From Parcubacteria group bacterium (GTDB lineage: Bacteria > Patescibacteriota > Minisyncoccia > SW-4-49-11): a stretch of 58,725 nt of DNA. Below the pieces are notes generated by a model that worked only from the letters and a program-made list of their open reading frames with translations, was not told the origin of the DNA and did not search any database. The translations under genes and the position numbers were made by a program. Below are positions 33,580 through 42,608 of the stretch, one piece after another. Within the stretch, counting starts at the first letter, position 1; every line of letters starts with the position of its first letter. The DNA is taken from contig CALRBF010000002.1 of NCBI GenBank assembly GCA_943354045.1, positions 1-58,725 on the forward strand. The letters are read 5' to 3'.

Positions 33580-33668
33580 ACTTTTCAATGTGGTCATAGA
33601 TGGCGTTTATACAAGTATGTATATGATTGGTATCTATATTCCATATCATATTCATAATCATATTTTGT

Positions 33669-34931
33669 ATGCCGTACTCTAATAATAGTAGTAGTCGATT
33701 TTCTAATCGCTCTAACTCATCTTCTCGATATAATAATAATAGTTCTTCTCGCGATTCTTTTGGCGGACGACCTCGCTATGGCGGAGGTGGTGGCCGAAGA
33801 TATGGCAAAAAATCTGGTCCGAAACAACTTGACCATTCTTTATTTGTGAAGGTTGCTGAACCTCTTCCGGAGGCTGAGACCAAAATCACTCATACTTTCA
33901 AAGACTTTGGTTTTGCATCATGGATTGATGCTGCTCTTACTGAAAAGGGTATGATTAATCCTACTCCTATTCAAGATCAGGCTATTAAACCTGTAATGGA
34001 AGGGAATGATGTTATTGGACTTGCTGGAACTGGAACTGGTAAAACTTTAGCTTTCTTGCTTCCACTACTCCACAATATGACTTTAGATCCTAAAAAGTCA
34101 GCTGTGATACTTGCTCCTACCCGAGAATTAGCTCTTCAAATTGAACAAGAGCTTCACAAAATCACTAATCGTAGTCAGGGTATTTATAGTACTGTGTGTA
34201 TTGGAGGAACTCCTATTCGTAAGCAAATGTTCCGATTATCTCGGCATAATCATTTTATCATTGCAACTCCTGGACGATTCAAAGATTTGATTAATCGTAA
34301 GGCTATTCATATGGATAGTTTTTCAACCATCGTATTAGATGAGGTTGACCGAATGCTTGATATGGGATTTATTGATGAAATTCGATATATTCTCGAATTA
34401 CTTCCAAAAAATACTCAAAAATTATTCTTCTCTGCTACAACTGAAGGAAAAACTCGTCAATTGATGGAGACTTTCCTTGTGAATCCAGTTAATGTATTGT
34501 TATCTAGCAATGTATCTAGTAATAATGTTCATCAAGACATTGTGCCTGTTACTCGTAATGATAATAAAATGGACTTATTGATGGATATCTTGAATAAAGA
34601 TGAAGTGAAAAAAGTTCTTATTTTCTGTGAGACCAAAATGGCGGTAGAGAATTTGTATCGAGATTTACAACAACATGGTTTTGATGTGGAATCTATTCAT
34701 GGTGACAAGACTCAAATGCATAGGCAAATTGCTTTAAAGAAATTCAAAAGCAATGAAGCTTGGATTATGATTGGAACTGATGTTGCTTCTCGTGGAATTG
34801 ATGTTGGAGATATTACCCATGTTATCAATTATGAATTACCTCGAACTGAAGAGGATTATATTCATCGAATTGGTAGAACTGGACGAGGGAATAAAATTGG
34901 TTGGGCTCTTACTTTTGTAAAAAAGTATTAA
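33669..34931 (+). CDS. DEAD-box ATP-dependent RNA helicase
   Basis: Q-motif region TPIQ, AGTGTGKT, DEVD (VLDEVDRML), SAT, HRIGRTGR. N-terminal S/N/R-rich and GGGGRR tract. ATG 33669 is preferred over TTG 33627. Confidence 0.9.
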   Translation: MPYSNNSSSRFSNRSNSSSRYNNNSSSRDSFGGRPRYGGGGGRRYGKKSGPKQLDHSLFVKVAEPLPEAETKITHTFKDFGFASWIDAALTEKGMINPTPIQDQAIKPVMEGNDVIGLAGTGTGKTLAFLLPLLHNMTLDPKKSAVILAPTRELALQIEQELHKITNRSQGIYSTVCIGGTPIRKQMFRLSRHNHFIIATPGRFKDLINRKAIHMDSFSTIVLDEVDRMLDMGFIDEIRYILELLPKNTQKLFFSATTEGKTRQLMETFLVNPVNVLLSSNVSSNNVHQDIVPVTRNDNKMDLLMDILNKDEVKKVLIFCETKMAVENLYRDLQQHGFDVESIHGDKTQMHRQIALKKFKSNEAWIMIGTDVASRGIDVGDITHVINYELPRTEEDYIHRIGRTGRGNKIGWALTFVKKY

Positions 34932-34955
34932 TCCAAGATAATTAGACTCACTAGC

Positions 34956-34998
34956 AAAAGCTCCTAACAATTATAGTGATAGGAGCTTTTGTGTTTTT
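34956..34998 (+). terminator. Rho-independent terminator
   Basis: AAAAGCTCCTA-loop-TAGGAGCTTTT followed by a T-rich tail. Confidence 0.7.
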
Positions 34999-35101
34999 GG
35001 TAATTCACTATTATTTTACAATTCGCATTTACTCCCTTATTATGCTATAATTTCGATGTATATGCAAAATACATTTAGTTTATTATCTTACAAAATATTA
35101 T

Positions 35102-36628
35102 ATGACTGCAATTTCATTATTGTGGTTGATTTCAAGCTTATTAATAGGTACTGGTATAGGATATGGTCTCAGACTATTCATTGTCAAAAGATTAATCAAT
35201 TCAAAAGAAGCTAAAATTCAATCACTGCAAACTCAATTCGAAGAAGAATCTAAAAAACTCAAAAAAGAAGCCGAGCAAGAGGCTGAAATACTAAAAGATA
35301 AGGCCAGAGCCGAAGCCTCAGAAATTAGGAAAACTGCTGTTCTCCTAGAGGAAAGTGTTTTGAGAAGAGAAAACGATTTGGAACAACAAGTACAGGAATT
35401 AGAAAATCATAGACTTGAACTCAAGACAAAGGGGGAGAGAATTAAGGATTTGTATCAAGAGGTTGAGGTGCTCAAACAAAAGCAAATCACTGAACTTGGG
35501 CATATTGCTGGGCTTAATACCGAACAAGCTAAGTCTGAGCTTCTCGAAAAGGTAGAAGAGACTTCTCATGAGGAATTATTATTACAAATAGAGCGTTTAG
35601 AGGGAATTAGGCATAATCAATTGGAACAAAAAGCCAAGAATATTATGGTTCTTGCTATGCAAAAATATGCTCAAGGTCAATCTGCTGAATTTAATACCGC
35701 AAGTGTGGCAATAGACAGCGAAGAGGTAAAGGGGCGTATTATTGGAAAAGAGGGGCGTAATATACGAGCTCTCGAGAATGCTACAGGAGTACAGGTTATT
35801 ATTGATGATAGTCCTGATAGTATTGTATTATCTTGTTTTGATCCTATACGGCGGCATATTGCAAAGCTCGCTCTTGAGGCTTTGATTGAAGATGGGCGTA
35901 TACAACCAGCTCGTATTGAGGAGTTCGTGATTAAATCAAAAGAGCTTGTACAGCAAAAGATTAAAGAGGCTGGAGAGGCTGCTCTCTATGATACTGGTAT
36001 TACAGGTATAGATCCTAAACTCACCTATATACTCGGACGATTGCAATTCCGTACGAGCTATGGACAAAATGTTTTGATGCATAGTGTAGAAGTTGCTCAT
36101 TTGGCGGGAGCTATTGCGGCAGAACTCGGGGCTAATGTGATGATTGCAAAAATGGGAGGTCTTTTCCATGATATTGGGAAGGCTCTTGATCATGAAGTTG
36201 AGGGTACTCATGTGGAAATTGGACGCACCGTACTCAGTAAATATGGTATCAAAGAAGAGGTAATCAAGGCTATGCAGTCTCATCATGAGGAATATCCTTA
36301 TGAGAGTCTAGAATCTCGTATTGTACAGGCAGCAGATGCCCTATCAGCTTCTCGACCTGGGGCTCGGCGTGATTCTGTGGATAATTATATCAAGAGACTG
36401 GGTGAATTGGAGGCTATTACCAATGCTTTTTATGGAGTGGATAAAAGTTATGCCATTAATGCTGGTCGGGAGATTCGTGTATTCGTGACACCATATAAAA
36501 TTAATGATATACAAGCCAAAAAAATGGCTCGCAAAATTGCTCTCAAGATAGAAGAAGAGCTCAAATATCCTGGTGAAATTAAGGTTACTTTGATACGAGA
36601 AACTCGTATTATTGATTATGCAAGGTAA
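35102..36628 (+). CDS. rny: Ribonuclease Y
   Basis: N-terminal TM helix, long coiled coil, KH domain (GRIIGKEGRNIRALE), HD domain (LFHDIGKA). Confidence 0.92.
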   Translation: MTAISLLWLISSLLIGTGIGYGLRLFIVKRLINSKEAKIQSLQTQFEEESKKLKKEAEQEAEILKDKARAEASEIRKTAVLLEESVLRRENDLEQQVQELENHRLELKTKGERIKDLYQEVEVLKQKQITELGHIAGLNTEQAKSELLEKVEETSHEELLLQIERLEGIRHNQLEQKAKNIMVLAMQKYAQGQSAEFNTASVAIDSEEVKGRIIGKEGRNIRALENATGVQVIIDDSPDSIVLSCFDPIRRHIAKLALEALIEDGRIQPARIEEFVIKSKELVQQKIKEAGEAALYDTGITGIDPKLTYILGRLQFRTSYGQNVLMHSVEVAHLAGAIAAELGANVMIAKMGGLFHDIGKALDHEVEGTHVEIGRTVLSKYGIKEEVIKAMQSHHEEYPYESLESRIVQAADALSASRPGARRDSVDNYIKRLGELEAITNAFYGVDKSYAINAGREIRVFVTPYKINDIQAKKMARKIALKIEEELKYPGEIKVTLIRETRIIDYAR

Positions 36629-36634
36629 AAAACC

Positions 36635-36663
36635 TTTACAACTCCGCATATATACTATATGAT
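36635..36663 (+). promoter_or_regulatory. Possible promoter of hup
   Basis: TTTACA, 17 bp spacer, TATGAT. Confidence 0.4.
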
Positions 36664-36729
36664 GAAACAAGGATAATAATATCCAATCAAATACTAAGGA
36701 AAACAATATGAGAAAGGAGGTGTGTGTAG

Positions 36730-37005
36730 ATGGCAACTAAAGCAGAACTAGTATCAGCAATCGCTGATGTAGCTGGAACCTCAAAGAAGGATTCTGAAGC
36801 AGTACTTCAAGCTTTCATTGATGTAGTGACCAAGACCCTTTCTAAAGGTGAAGATGTTACTCTCGCTGGATTTGGGACTTTCTCAGTAACCCAACGACAA
36901 GCAAGAGATGGTGTTAACCCACGAACTCTAGAAAAGATCAAGATCGCTGCAACCAAAACTCCTAAATTCAAAGCAGGAAAGAAGTTGAAAGATGCAGTTA
37001 AATAA
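36730..37005 (+). CDS. hup: HU-family DNA-binding protein
   Basis: MATKAELVSAIA...GFGTFSV..R.AR.GVNPRT.E.I.I...K.PKFKAGK. AGGAGG SD upstream. Confidence 0.92.
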   Translation: MATKAELVSAIADVAGTSKKDSEAVLQAFIDVVTKTLSKGEDVTLAGFGTFSVTQRQARDGVNPRTLEKIKIAATKTPKFKAGKKLKDAVK

Positions 37006-37025
37006 ATATTGTAATTTGCATTCAT

Positions 37026-37053
37026 AAAAAAGCGTTGATAAGACGCTTTTTTG
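37026..37053 (+). terminator. Rho-independent terminator
   Basis: AAGCGT-TGATAAG-ACGCTT followed by TTTTT. Confidence 0.7.
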
Positions 37054-37059
37054 TGTTGG

Positions 37060-37090
37060 GTTCGTAGCGGAGGAGGACATTGTTTTCTAT
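37060..37090 (+). repeat. Short fragment of the mosaic repeat family
   Basis: TTCGTAGCGGAGGAGGACATTGTTTTC resembles 16877-16900 and 19381-19395. Confidence 0.5.
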
Positions 37091-37132
37091 CCTAAATTCT
37101 AAATCTACTCATTATATGCTACAATAGCCTAT

Positions 37133-37774
37133 ATGATAATTCCTATTAATAAACCCGCTGGGATCACTTCTCACACCGTAGTCAATAAATTACGCCGATT
37201 TTATGGTATCAAAAAGATTGGGCATGCCGGAACTCTTGACCCTTTTGCCACTGGAGTATTAATTCTGCTTGTAGGACGTGAGTCTACCAAAAAAAGCGAT
37301 ACTCTTATGAAACAAGATAAAATATACCGTACAAAGCTAAAATTAGGCTTTATAAGTGATACGTATGATAAAGATGGAGTCATACAAGAATATAATACTG
37401 ATATTATCCCTACTCGAGAACAAATAGAATTGGTAGTCAAGCAATTCATAGGGGAAATACAGCAAATACCACCTATGTATTCAGCTATCAAAATCAATGG
37501 CAAGAAAATGTATGAATTAGCCCGTAAAGGTGAACATATAGATATACCTGCTCGTAATGTTAGCATCACTCGTATTGATATATTAGAATATACCTATCCC
37601 TATATCACATTAGACATATATTGTGCTAGTGGGACTTATATCAGGTCCCTTGGATATGATATTGGTATTAAACTCGGAACAGGAGCTTATCTCGAGGAAT
37701 TGGAGCGCAGACAATCAGGAGAATATCCTATTGAGAGTTGCTATACCCTGGATACTTTACCAGAATTGAAATAA
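37133..37774 (+). CDS. truB: tRNA pseudouridine(55) synthase
   Basis: GHAGTLDPFATGVLILLVG catalytic Asp motif. 213 aa. Confidence 0.9.
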   Translation: MIIPINKPAGITSHTVVNKLRRFYGIKKIGHAGTLDPFATGVLILLVGRESTKKSDTLMKQDKIYRTKLKLGFISDTYDKDGVIQEYNTDIIPTREQIELVVKQFIGEIQQIPPMYSAIKINGKKMYELARKGEHIDIPARNVSITRIDILEYTYPYITLDIYCASGTYIRSLGYDIGIKLGTGAYLEELERRQSGEYPIESCYTLDTLPELK

Positions 37775-37803
37775 AAAAGCCGGAGCGCGTAATGCGTTCC
37801 GGC
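37771..37803 (-). terminator. Hairpin terminator (copy 1 of a duplicated roughly 45 bp block)
   Basis: A-run then GCCGGAGCGC-GTAAT-GCGTTCCGGC. The T run falls on the minus strand, so it terminates the 37836-38090 gene. Confidence 0.65.
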
Positions 37804-37835
37804 GAGGGGATATGTGAAGAGACAAAGAACTTCAA

Positions 37836-38090
37836 TCAAGATCCCTTTTTATCACTCTTCTTCATAAAGAAAAGTATATAAATGATTGTACCTATCGATG
37901 CTACAAAAATCACTCCTGCAATAAAATAATTAAACACACTTAGTGGTGTTTTATCCCAATAAACAGATTGTGCCCGTGCAAGATTTCCCAGCCCTGCAAT
38001 ATTGGTTCCGGCTAAGACTGGAGAATTTGCAGATAACAGGAATGAAATGACTGCCAAAATGAGATAACGATAATGAGCTAAGTTAGTCAT
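37836..38090 (-). CDS. Small secreted/membrane protein (signal peptide plus C-terminal TM helix)
   Basis: Start at MTNLAHYRYLILAVISFLLSANSPVLAG.., downstream of a TTGATA-17-TATAGT promoter related to the cassette promoter module. Confidence 0.45.
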   Translation of the reverse strand: MTNLAHYRYLILAVISFLLSANSPVLAGTNIAGLGNLARAQSVYWDKTPLSVFNYFIAGVIFVASIGTIIYILFFMKKSDKKGS

Positions 38091-38177
38091 GAGGAGTTTC
38101 CCTCTGAAGGTCGAGAGAACTATAACATATTTTCCATACTTTATCAATAGCTAATAACATTATATTTAAAAGTAAAT

Positions 38178-38210
38178 AAAAAAAAGCCGGAGCGCATAAT
38201 GCGTTCCGGC
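38178..38210 (-). terminator. Hairpin terminator (copy 2 of the duplicated block)
   Basis: A-run then GCCGGAGCGC-ATAAT-GCGTTCCGGC, followed by AAGGGGATAT as in copy 1. Confidence 0.65.
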
Positions 38211-38236
38211 AAGGGGATATCTGTTCGAGTGGGTGT

Positions 38237-38527
38237 CTATTCGACACCTGGGAAGCTGTAAGGGGCTCCCCACAGAGGTTGACACCTTGGCCACCCAGGT
38301 TGATCACAGTTGCTTGACTTTTCAACCGGGCCACCTGTGGAGTAAGTCTTGATAATTGTCGAAACCGACTTCTTGACGACATAGAAGCATCCCTTAGGAC
38401 TGCCATTTCTGTCCATTTCACACAGACGAGAGGTCTCGCCTGCCTGTACACTGGAGCAAGCGAGCCCGAGGACTGCGGAGGTGAGAAGGAGAAGGGCTGA
38501 TAATGAACGTGACATGGATTGAACCAT
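38237..38527 (-). CDS. Small Cys-containing secreted protein or lipoprotein candidate (cassette d, GC-rich)
   Basis: MSRSLSALLLLTSAVLGLAC signal/lipobox-like sequence (start at ATG 38527 or 38515). About 55% GC. Confidence 0.5.
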   Translation of the reverse strand: MVQSMSRSLSALLLLTSAVLGLACSSVQAGETSRLCEMDRNGSPKGCFYVVKKSVSTIIKTYSTGGPVEKSSNCDQPGWPRCQPLWGAPYSFPGVE

Positions 38528-38541
38528 TTAGTAACGACAAA

Positions 38542-38570
38542 ACTATAGCATATTTCTTCTATTTTGTCAA
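38542..38570 (-). promoter_or_regulatory. Promoter of cassette d
   Basis: Minus strand: TTGACA-AAATAGAAGAAATATGC-TATAGT, starting 13 nt after the integrase stop. Confidence 0.7.
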
Positions 38571-38582
38571 GGGTAGATGACA

Positions 38583-39626
38583 TCACTTTTTGAGGGGGTG
38601 GAAATTCTCATGTGTTTCTTCGGCAAAGGTATCGGAGGCATGTACATATTTGGTTGTGGTTTCGAGGGATTCATGTCCGAGTAATACTTTGATGGCGGCT
38701 GGATTGGCTCCTGACTCAGCTAAGTATGTCGCAAATCCATGTCTGAGTGTATGGGCGGAGATAGGGTAGGGGATATTGAGTAATAGTCGATAGGATTTGA
38801 TTTTGGATTGTAGATAATTCTCGGATATATGGGAATTGAGTAGGGAAGAGGGGAGTGTATGATCTTTTATTTGTTCTTTGAGGGTATCAAAAGTTTTTTT
38901 GGTGATAAATACAAAGCTAAATTGATTGATATACTCCCCTGTTTGATATTGAGAGGGGAGGGCTTGCTTGATAATTTCATATCTTTGTGTCAAATATTCA
39001 TCTAATATACTATGAGCTCGCGGGGTTAAGTACACAAATCTTTGCTTATTCCCCTTGCCTCTTATCAAAATTTTGGAATCATCTTGATGAATTTGATCAA
39101 TGGTTAAATGGGTAACTTCAGAAATTCGCATTCCTGAGGCAAAAATTAATTCTAATATAGTTTGATTCCGAATCCCAATAAATGCATTGGATTCTAATTG
39201 TTTTGGCGATTCTATGAATTGAATCAAAGTCTCTAGCTCGGGTAAATGTAATTTGTACTTCCCTAGCTTCATTAATTTGATTTGCTGAGGTAATAAGGGG
39301 CATGGGTGTTCATTGTCTATCAGATACACAAAATATGACCTGATACTGGTTAGCATACGGTTTATGGTTTTGGGTTCTAGGGGTTTAGCTTTTTGCTTCT
39401 GTGATTTAGCTTTGAATACTTGTCTATCCTCAGCTAATAAATCTGCCTGATATATAATTATAGTTTTTTTGGTAATACTATTAAAGTCAAAATCATTATC
39501 GCTCAAAAATTTCTCAAATATCAATAAATCTCTCTCATAATTACGAATAGTAGCCTTTGAGTAGTTGCTAGTAGTCAAAAAAAGTAAAAAGTCTTCTAAT
39601 AGGGGCAATTTTTGGCTTCTTGGCAT
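38583..39626 (-). CDS. Tyrosine recombinase/integrase (XerC/XerD-like)
   Basis: SAM-like N-terminal domain. C-terminal ..HTLRHGFATYLAESGANPAAIKVLLGHESLETTTKYVH (R..HxxR..Y catalytic signature). Confidence 0.85.
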   Translation of the reverse strand: MPRSQKLPLLEDFLLFLTTSNYSKATIRNYERDLLIFEKFLSDNDFDFNSITKKTIIIYQADLLAEDRQVFKAKSQKQKAKPLEPKTINRMLTSIRSYFVYLIDNEHPCPLLPQQIKLMKLGKYKLHLPELETLIQFIESPKQLESNAFIGIRNQTILELIFASGMRISEVTHLTIDQIHQDDSKILIRGKGNKQRFVYLTPRAHSILDEYLTQRYEIIKQALPSQYQTGEYINQFSFVFITKKTFDTLKEQIKDHTLPSSLLNSHISENYLQSKIKSYRLLLNIPYPISAHTLRHGFATYLAESGANPAAIKVLLGHESLETTTKYVHASDTFAEETHENFHPLKK

Positions 39627-39770
39627 ATATATGCGGTTATTTATGTGTATTATATGAGAATGGCCCTAAAATAGTGGTTTTTATGTATTTAGTATATAGG
39701 AAAAATTATATTTGGGGAAATACTCTGTACAGAGTGCTTGTGGACGGACTTGGAATTTATATACAATACA

Positions 39771-39856
39771 AATCCACCCCGTCTGCATAAAAGCAGACAC
39801 CCCTCAATTTATCTCCCTTGCCTACGGCAGGTAAACCGTAGGGAGAGAGGGGAATT
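39771..39856 (-). repeat. Mosaic hairpin-module repeat locus R10 (inverted orientation)
   Basis: ATCCACCCCGTCTGCATAAAAGCAGACACC plus the reverse complement of the P module. Confidence 0.8.
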
Positions 39857-39969
39857 ATATTCAGAGAAAATTATTGAGAATATGTCTTAAGCTCAGATAA
39901 TTATCAAAATACTATAAGGGGGGAGTGGTAATTATGTAAAATGTACTGTTTATCTTTCTTCTGCATACC

Positions 39970-40001
39970 CAACAGAGTATAATAATGATTATACTCTGTT
40001 G
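39970..40001. repeat. 14 bp-stem perfect palindrome CAACAGAGTATAAT-AATG-ATTATACTCTGTTG
   Basis: Read directly. Related ACAGAGT palindromes are at 39722-39735 and 40058-40086. Confidence 0.8.
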
Positions 40002-40111
40002 TAGATATATTGTCAAATGAGATATTATTACAAAATAGAATACTCCCCTCCTATAAACTCCGTATAATCAGTGATATTATACAGAGTTTATAATTATATA
40101 TACGAATAATA

Positions 40112-41452
40112 TTATTTCTTTGAACTAGATTCTTCTCTCCACACGACTTCTGGTATAGCAGCAATAAGACCAAATATTAACCAGGTAAATCCCATTAGGA
40201 AATTGTCATTAAACATTCCTGTAATAAATGTTGCGAGCAAACTACCAAATAATATGGTAGCTAGCTTAGAATCTGTCTTTAAGATAAGAAATCCCTGTTT
40301 GGTAATAATATATAAGAATGAAAGGAATAGAGAAATTGCAATAATTCCACCAGATACTGCTACCGCCAAAAGGATATTATTCGTATTATATCCCTCCCCT
40401 ACTCTATTTTCATATCCAGTTAATCCAACTCCTGTGAAGATATATTGAGTTATAACAACTCCTGCATTAATATAGCTATCTCTACGACTTAATACATTGA
40501 TATCTGATTCTTTGCGTACCTTAACTTTATCTGATTTAATATCTACATCTTTTGGGTTGACTGCTACTTCTTTTCCTGTTTTCTCATCAATTTCATAATA
40601 ATAAGTGGTCTCTTGGGTGATAATTGAACTAATACGATCTTTGAGATTAAAATCAGTAAGCCCTAATTGAGACATACCTGCAGCTCCAAATAGTATAGCA
40701 AAAAGTATAATAATAAATTTTGCTAATTGTATATATTGTCTCACAAAAATTGCTTGATACAATATATATAAAGCTGTTATTACAATAATTGCCAGCCAAC
40801 TTGCTCTAGTCACGGAGAGAATACTCATCAAAATAGTTCCTAATATCAAAAACCATAAAGCAAATTGTTCTTTAGATTTTTTGGCATAAAAAGCTAAAGG
40901 TAAGCTAATAGCATATATGGTAGCTAGCCACATTCCAAACCAATTTGGCTCTGGTAAAAGACTATCTACTCTACCAGGAAATACCTGCCAACTATTCCAT
41001 CCTAATTGAAATGCAATTGCCTCATATAAACCAATTAATATCAATATCCCTGTGCTCAAAAACAGTAAATTTAAAGCTTTATAAAGACGCTTTTTAGTAT
41101 TGATATATCTAAATATAATATAAAATACAAAAATATATCCTAATAATACGAGATTTCGAATCATTACTGTTTTCAAATCTCCCTCTCCCCTATTAAAAAC
41201 ACCTCCTATGACAATCATAAGCCACATTCCTGATAATAAAACTAAGTGAATACTATTATAATACCAATCAATAGATGTTATATTATTCCAAAATGTAGAG
41301 ATTGGTTCTTTTTTGAATAAACGAGGTATAAGTGTAATGACAATAAGAGCAAGAAGAATTTGATGTATTCTAATATCAAGAGTCCCAAATGATATTTTTA
41401 CTATTTCAAAGGGAAGGGTAAATATAAGTAGTGATATGAGTATATTGAGCAT
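40112..41452 (-). CDS. O-antigen ligase/polymerase-like (Wzy_C) membrane protein
   Basis: About 11 TM helices and an ..SVTRASWLAIIV.. motif. 446 aa. Confidence 0.6.
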   Translation of the reverse strand: MLNILISLLIFTLPFEIVKISFGTLDIRIHQILLALIVITLIPRLFKKEPISTFWNNITSIDWYYNSIHLVLLSGMWLMIVIGGVFNRGEGDLKTVMIRNLVLLGYIFVFYIIFRYINTKKRLYKALNLLFLSTGILILIGLYEAIAFQLGWNSWQVFPGRVDSLLPEPNWFGMWLATIYAISLPLAFYAKKSKEQFALWFLILGTILMSILSVTRASWLAIIVITALYILYQAIFVRQYIQLAKFIIILFAILFGAAGMSQLGLTDFNLKDRISSIITQETTYYYEIDEKTGKEVAVNPKDVDIKSDKVKVRKESDINVLSRRDSYINAGVVITQYIFTGVGLTGYENRVGEGYNTNNILLAVAVSGGIIAISLFLSFLYIITKQGFLILKTDSKLATILFGSLLATFITGMFNDNFLMGFTWLIFGLIAAIPEVVWREESSSKK

Positions 41453-41456
41453 ATAT

Positions 41457-42608
41457 TTAAATTAATGATTTGATAATAGTATAAGCCTCTTCTATTTCCT
41501 CCTTACTCGTATATTGAGATAAGGATATCCGAATACTATGAGTAGCATAATCAGATTCAGGTGGACTAATTGCCTGAATAACATAGGATTCCTGAGTGGC
41601 TCCACTATGGCAAGCTGATCCTGCCGAGATAGCAAGCCCAGCTAAATCAGCGGCTATCACAAGACTATCTGAAGATTTATGTAAAGATGCAATATTAATA
41701 TTTTGTGGTAATCGATTTTCTCTATCTCCATTTAAAGATATCCCCTCTAATTGGAGTAATTTGTCTAAAAGATTGTCTCTCAGAGCTCTGACTCTTTTTA
41801 ATGATTCTTTATGCTCTGGGATAATGAGTAGACGGAATGCCTCTCCGAGTCCTGCAATAAGGGGGGTATTAAGTGTACCTGGTCGCATAGCATATTCTTG
41901 CCCACCCCCATAGGTAATTGCTTGTATGGGGGTATCTTTTTTGATAAATAAGGCTCCTATACCTTTGGGGGCATACATTTTATGTCCCGATATACTATAT
42001 AGATCAAGATTAGCATAATGTAAATTGATGTCTTCTGACCAAATTGCTTGAGCTCCATCAGAATGAAACAGTGGATATACGGATTCAGGATTATATTTTT
42101 TGAGCATTCTGCCAATATCTCGAATTGGTTGTATAGTTCCGATTTCATTATTAGCATGAATAATACTTACTAATATGGTATTCTCTGTCAATAATGCTTG
42201 TATATCCTGTACCTTTACAATACCAGTCTCATCAATAGGAATTATTTTTATGGTAATTTTCTCTGGGTATGCTATTTGTAAAGCTTTAATAGTCTCTATA
42301 ACTGAACTATGTTCTATGGGGGTGGTGATAATTTCTATTTGCTCTTGTGTCTGTAAGGCTTGTAAAATTACTCCTTGTATTGCAATATTATTGCTCTCAG
42401 TAGCTCCACTAGTAAAAATAAGTTCTGAGAATTCTATTCCTAAATACTCAGTAATAATGCGGCGGGCTTTATCTATACTATGTATTGCTTGTTGCCCTCC
42501 TGAATGCTGACTATGGGGATTTGCAAAATTATCTTGCATAACTTGAGTCACGAGTTTTAATACTTCAGGATGAATTGGGGTACTAGACTGATTATCAAGA
42601 TATGTCAT
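41457..42608 (-). CDS. Cysteine desulfurase (NifS/IscS class V aminotransferase)
   Basis: SISGHKMYAPKGIGALFIKK (PLP lysine) and SAGSACHSG active-site Cys loop. Confidence 0.88.
   Translation of the reverse strand: MTYLDNQSSTPIHPEVLKLVTQVMQDNFANPHSQHSGGQQAIHSIDKARRIITEYLGIEFSELIFTSGATESNNIAIQGVILQALQTQEQIEIITTPIEHSSVIETIKALQIAYPEKITIKIIPIDETGIVKVQDIQALLTENTILVSIIHANNEIGTIQPIRDIGRMLKKYNPESVYPLFHSDGAQAIWSEDINLHYANLDLYSISGHKMYAPKGIGALFIKKDTPIQAITYGGGQEYAMRPGTLNTPLIAGLGEAFRLLIIPEHKESLKRVRALRDNLLDKLLQLEGISLNGDRENRLPQNINIASLHKSSDSLVIAADLAGLAISAGSACHSGATQESYVIQAISPPESDYATHSIRISLSQYTSKEEIEEAYTIIKSLI

Noticed and set aside
37771-39626. Classical integron (intI plus attC cassettes)
   Set aside because: The cassettes are co-oriented with and downstream of the recombinase, and each has its own promoter. 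The palindromic 3' blocks show no R''/R' GTTRRRY core sites. Only an integron-like analogy is retained.
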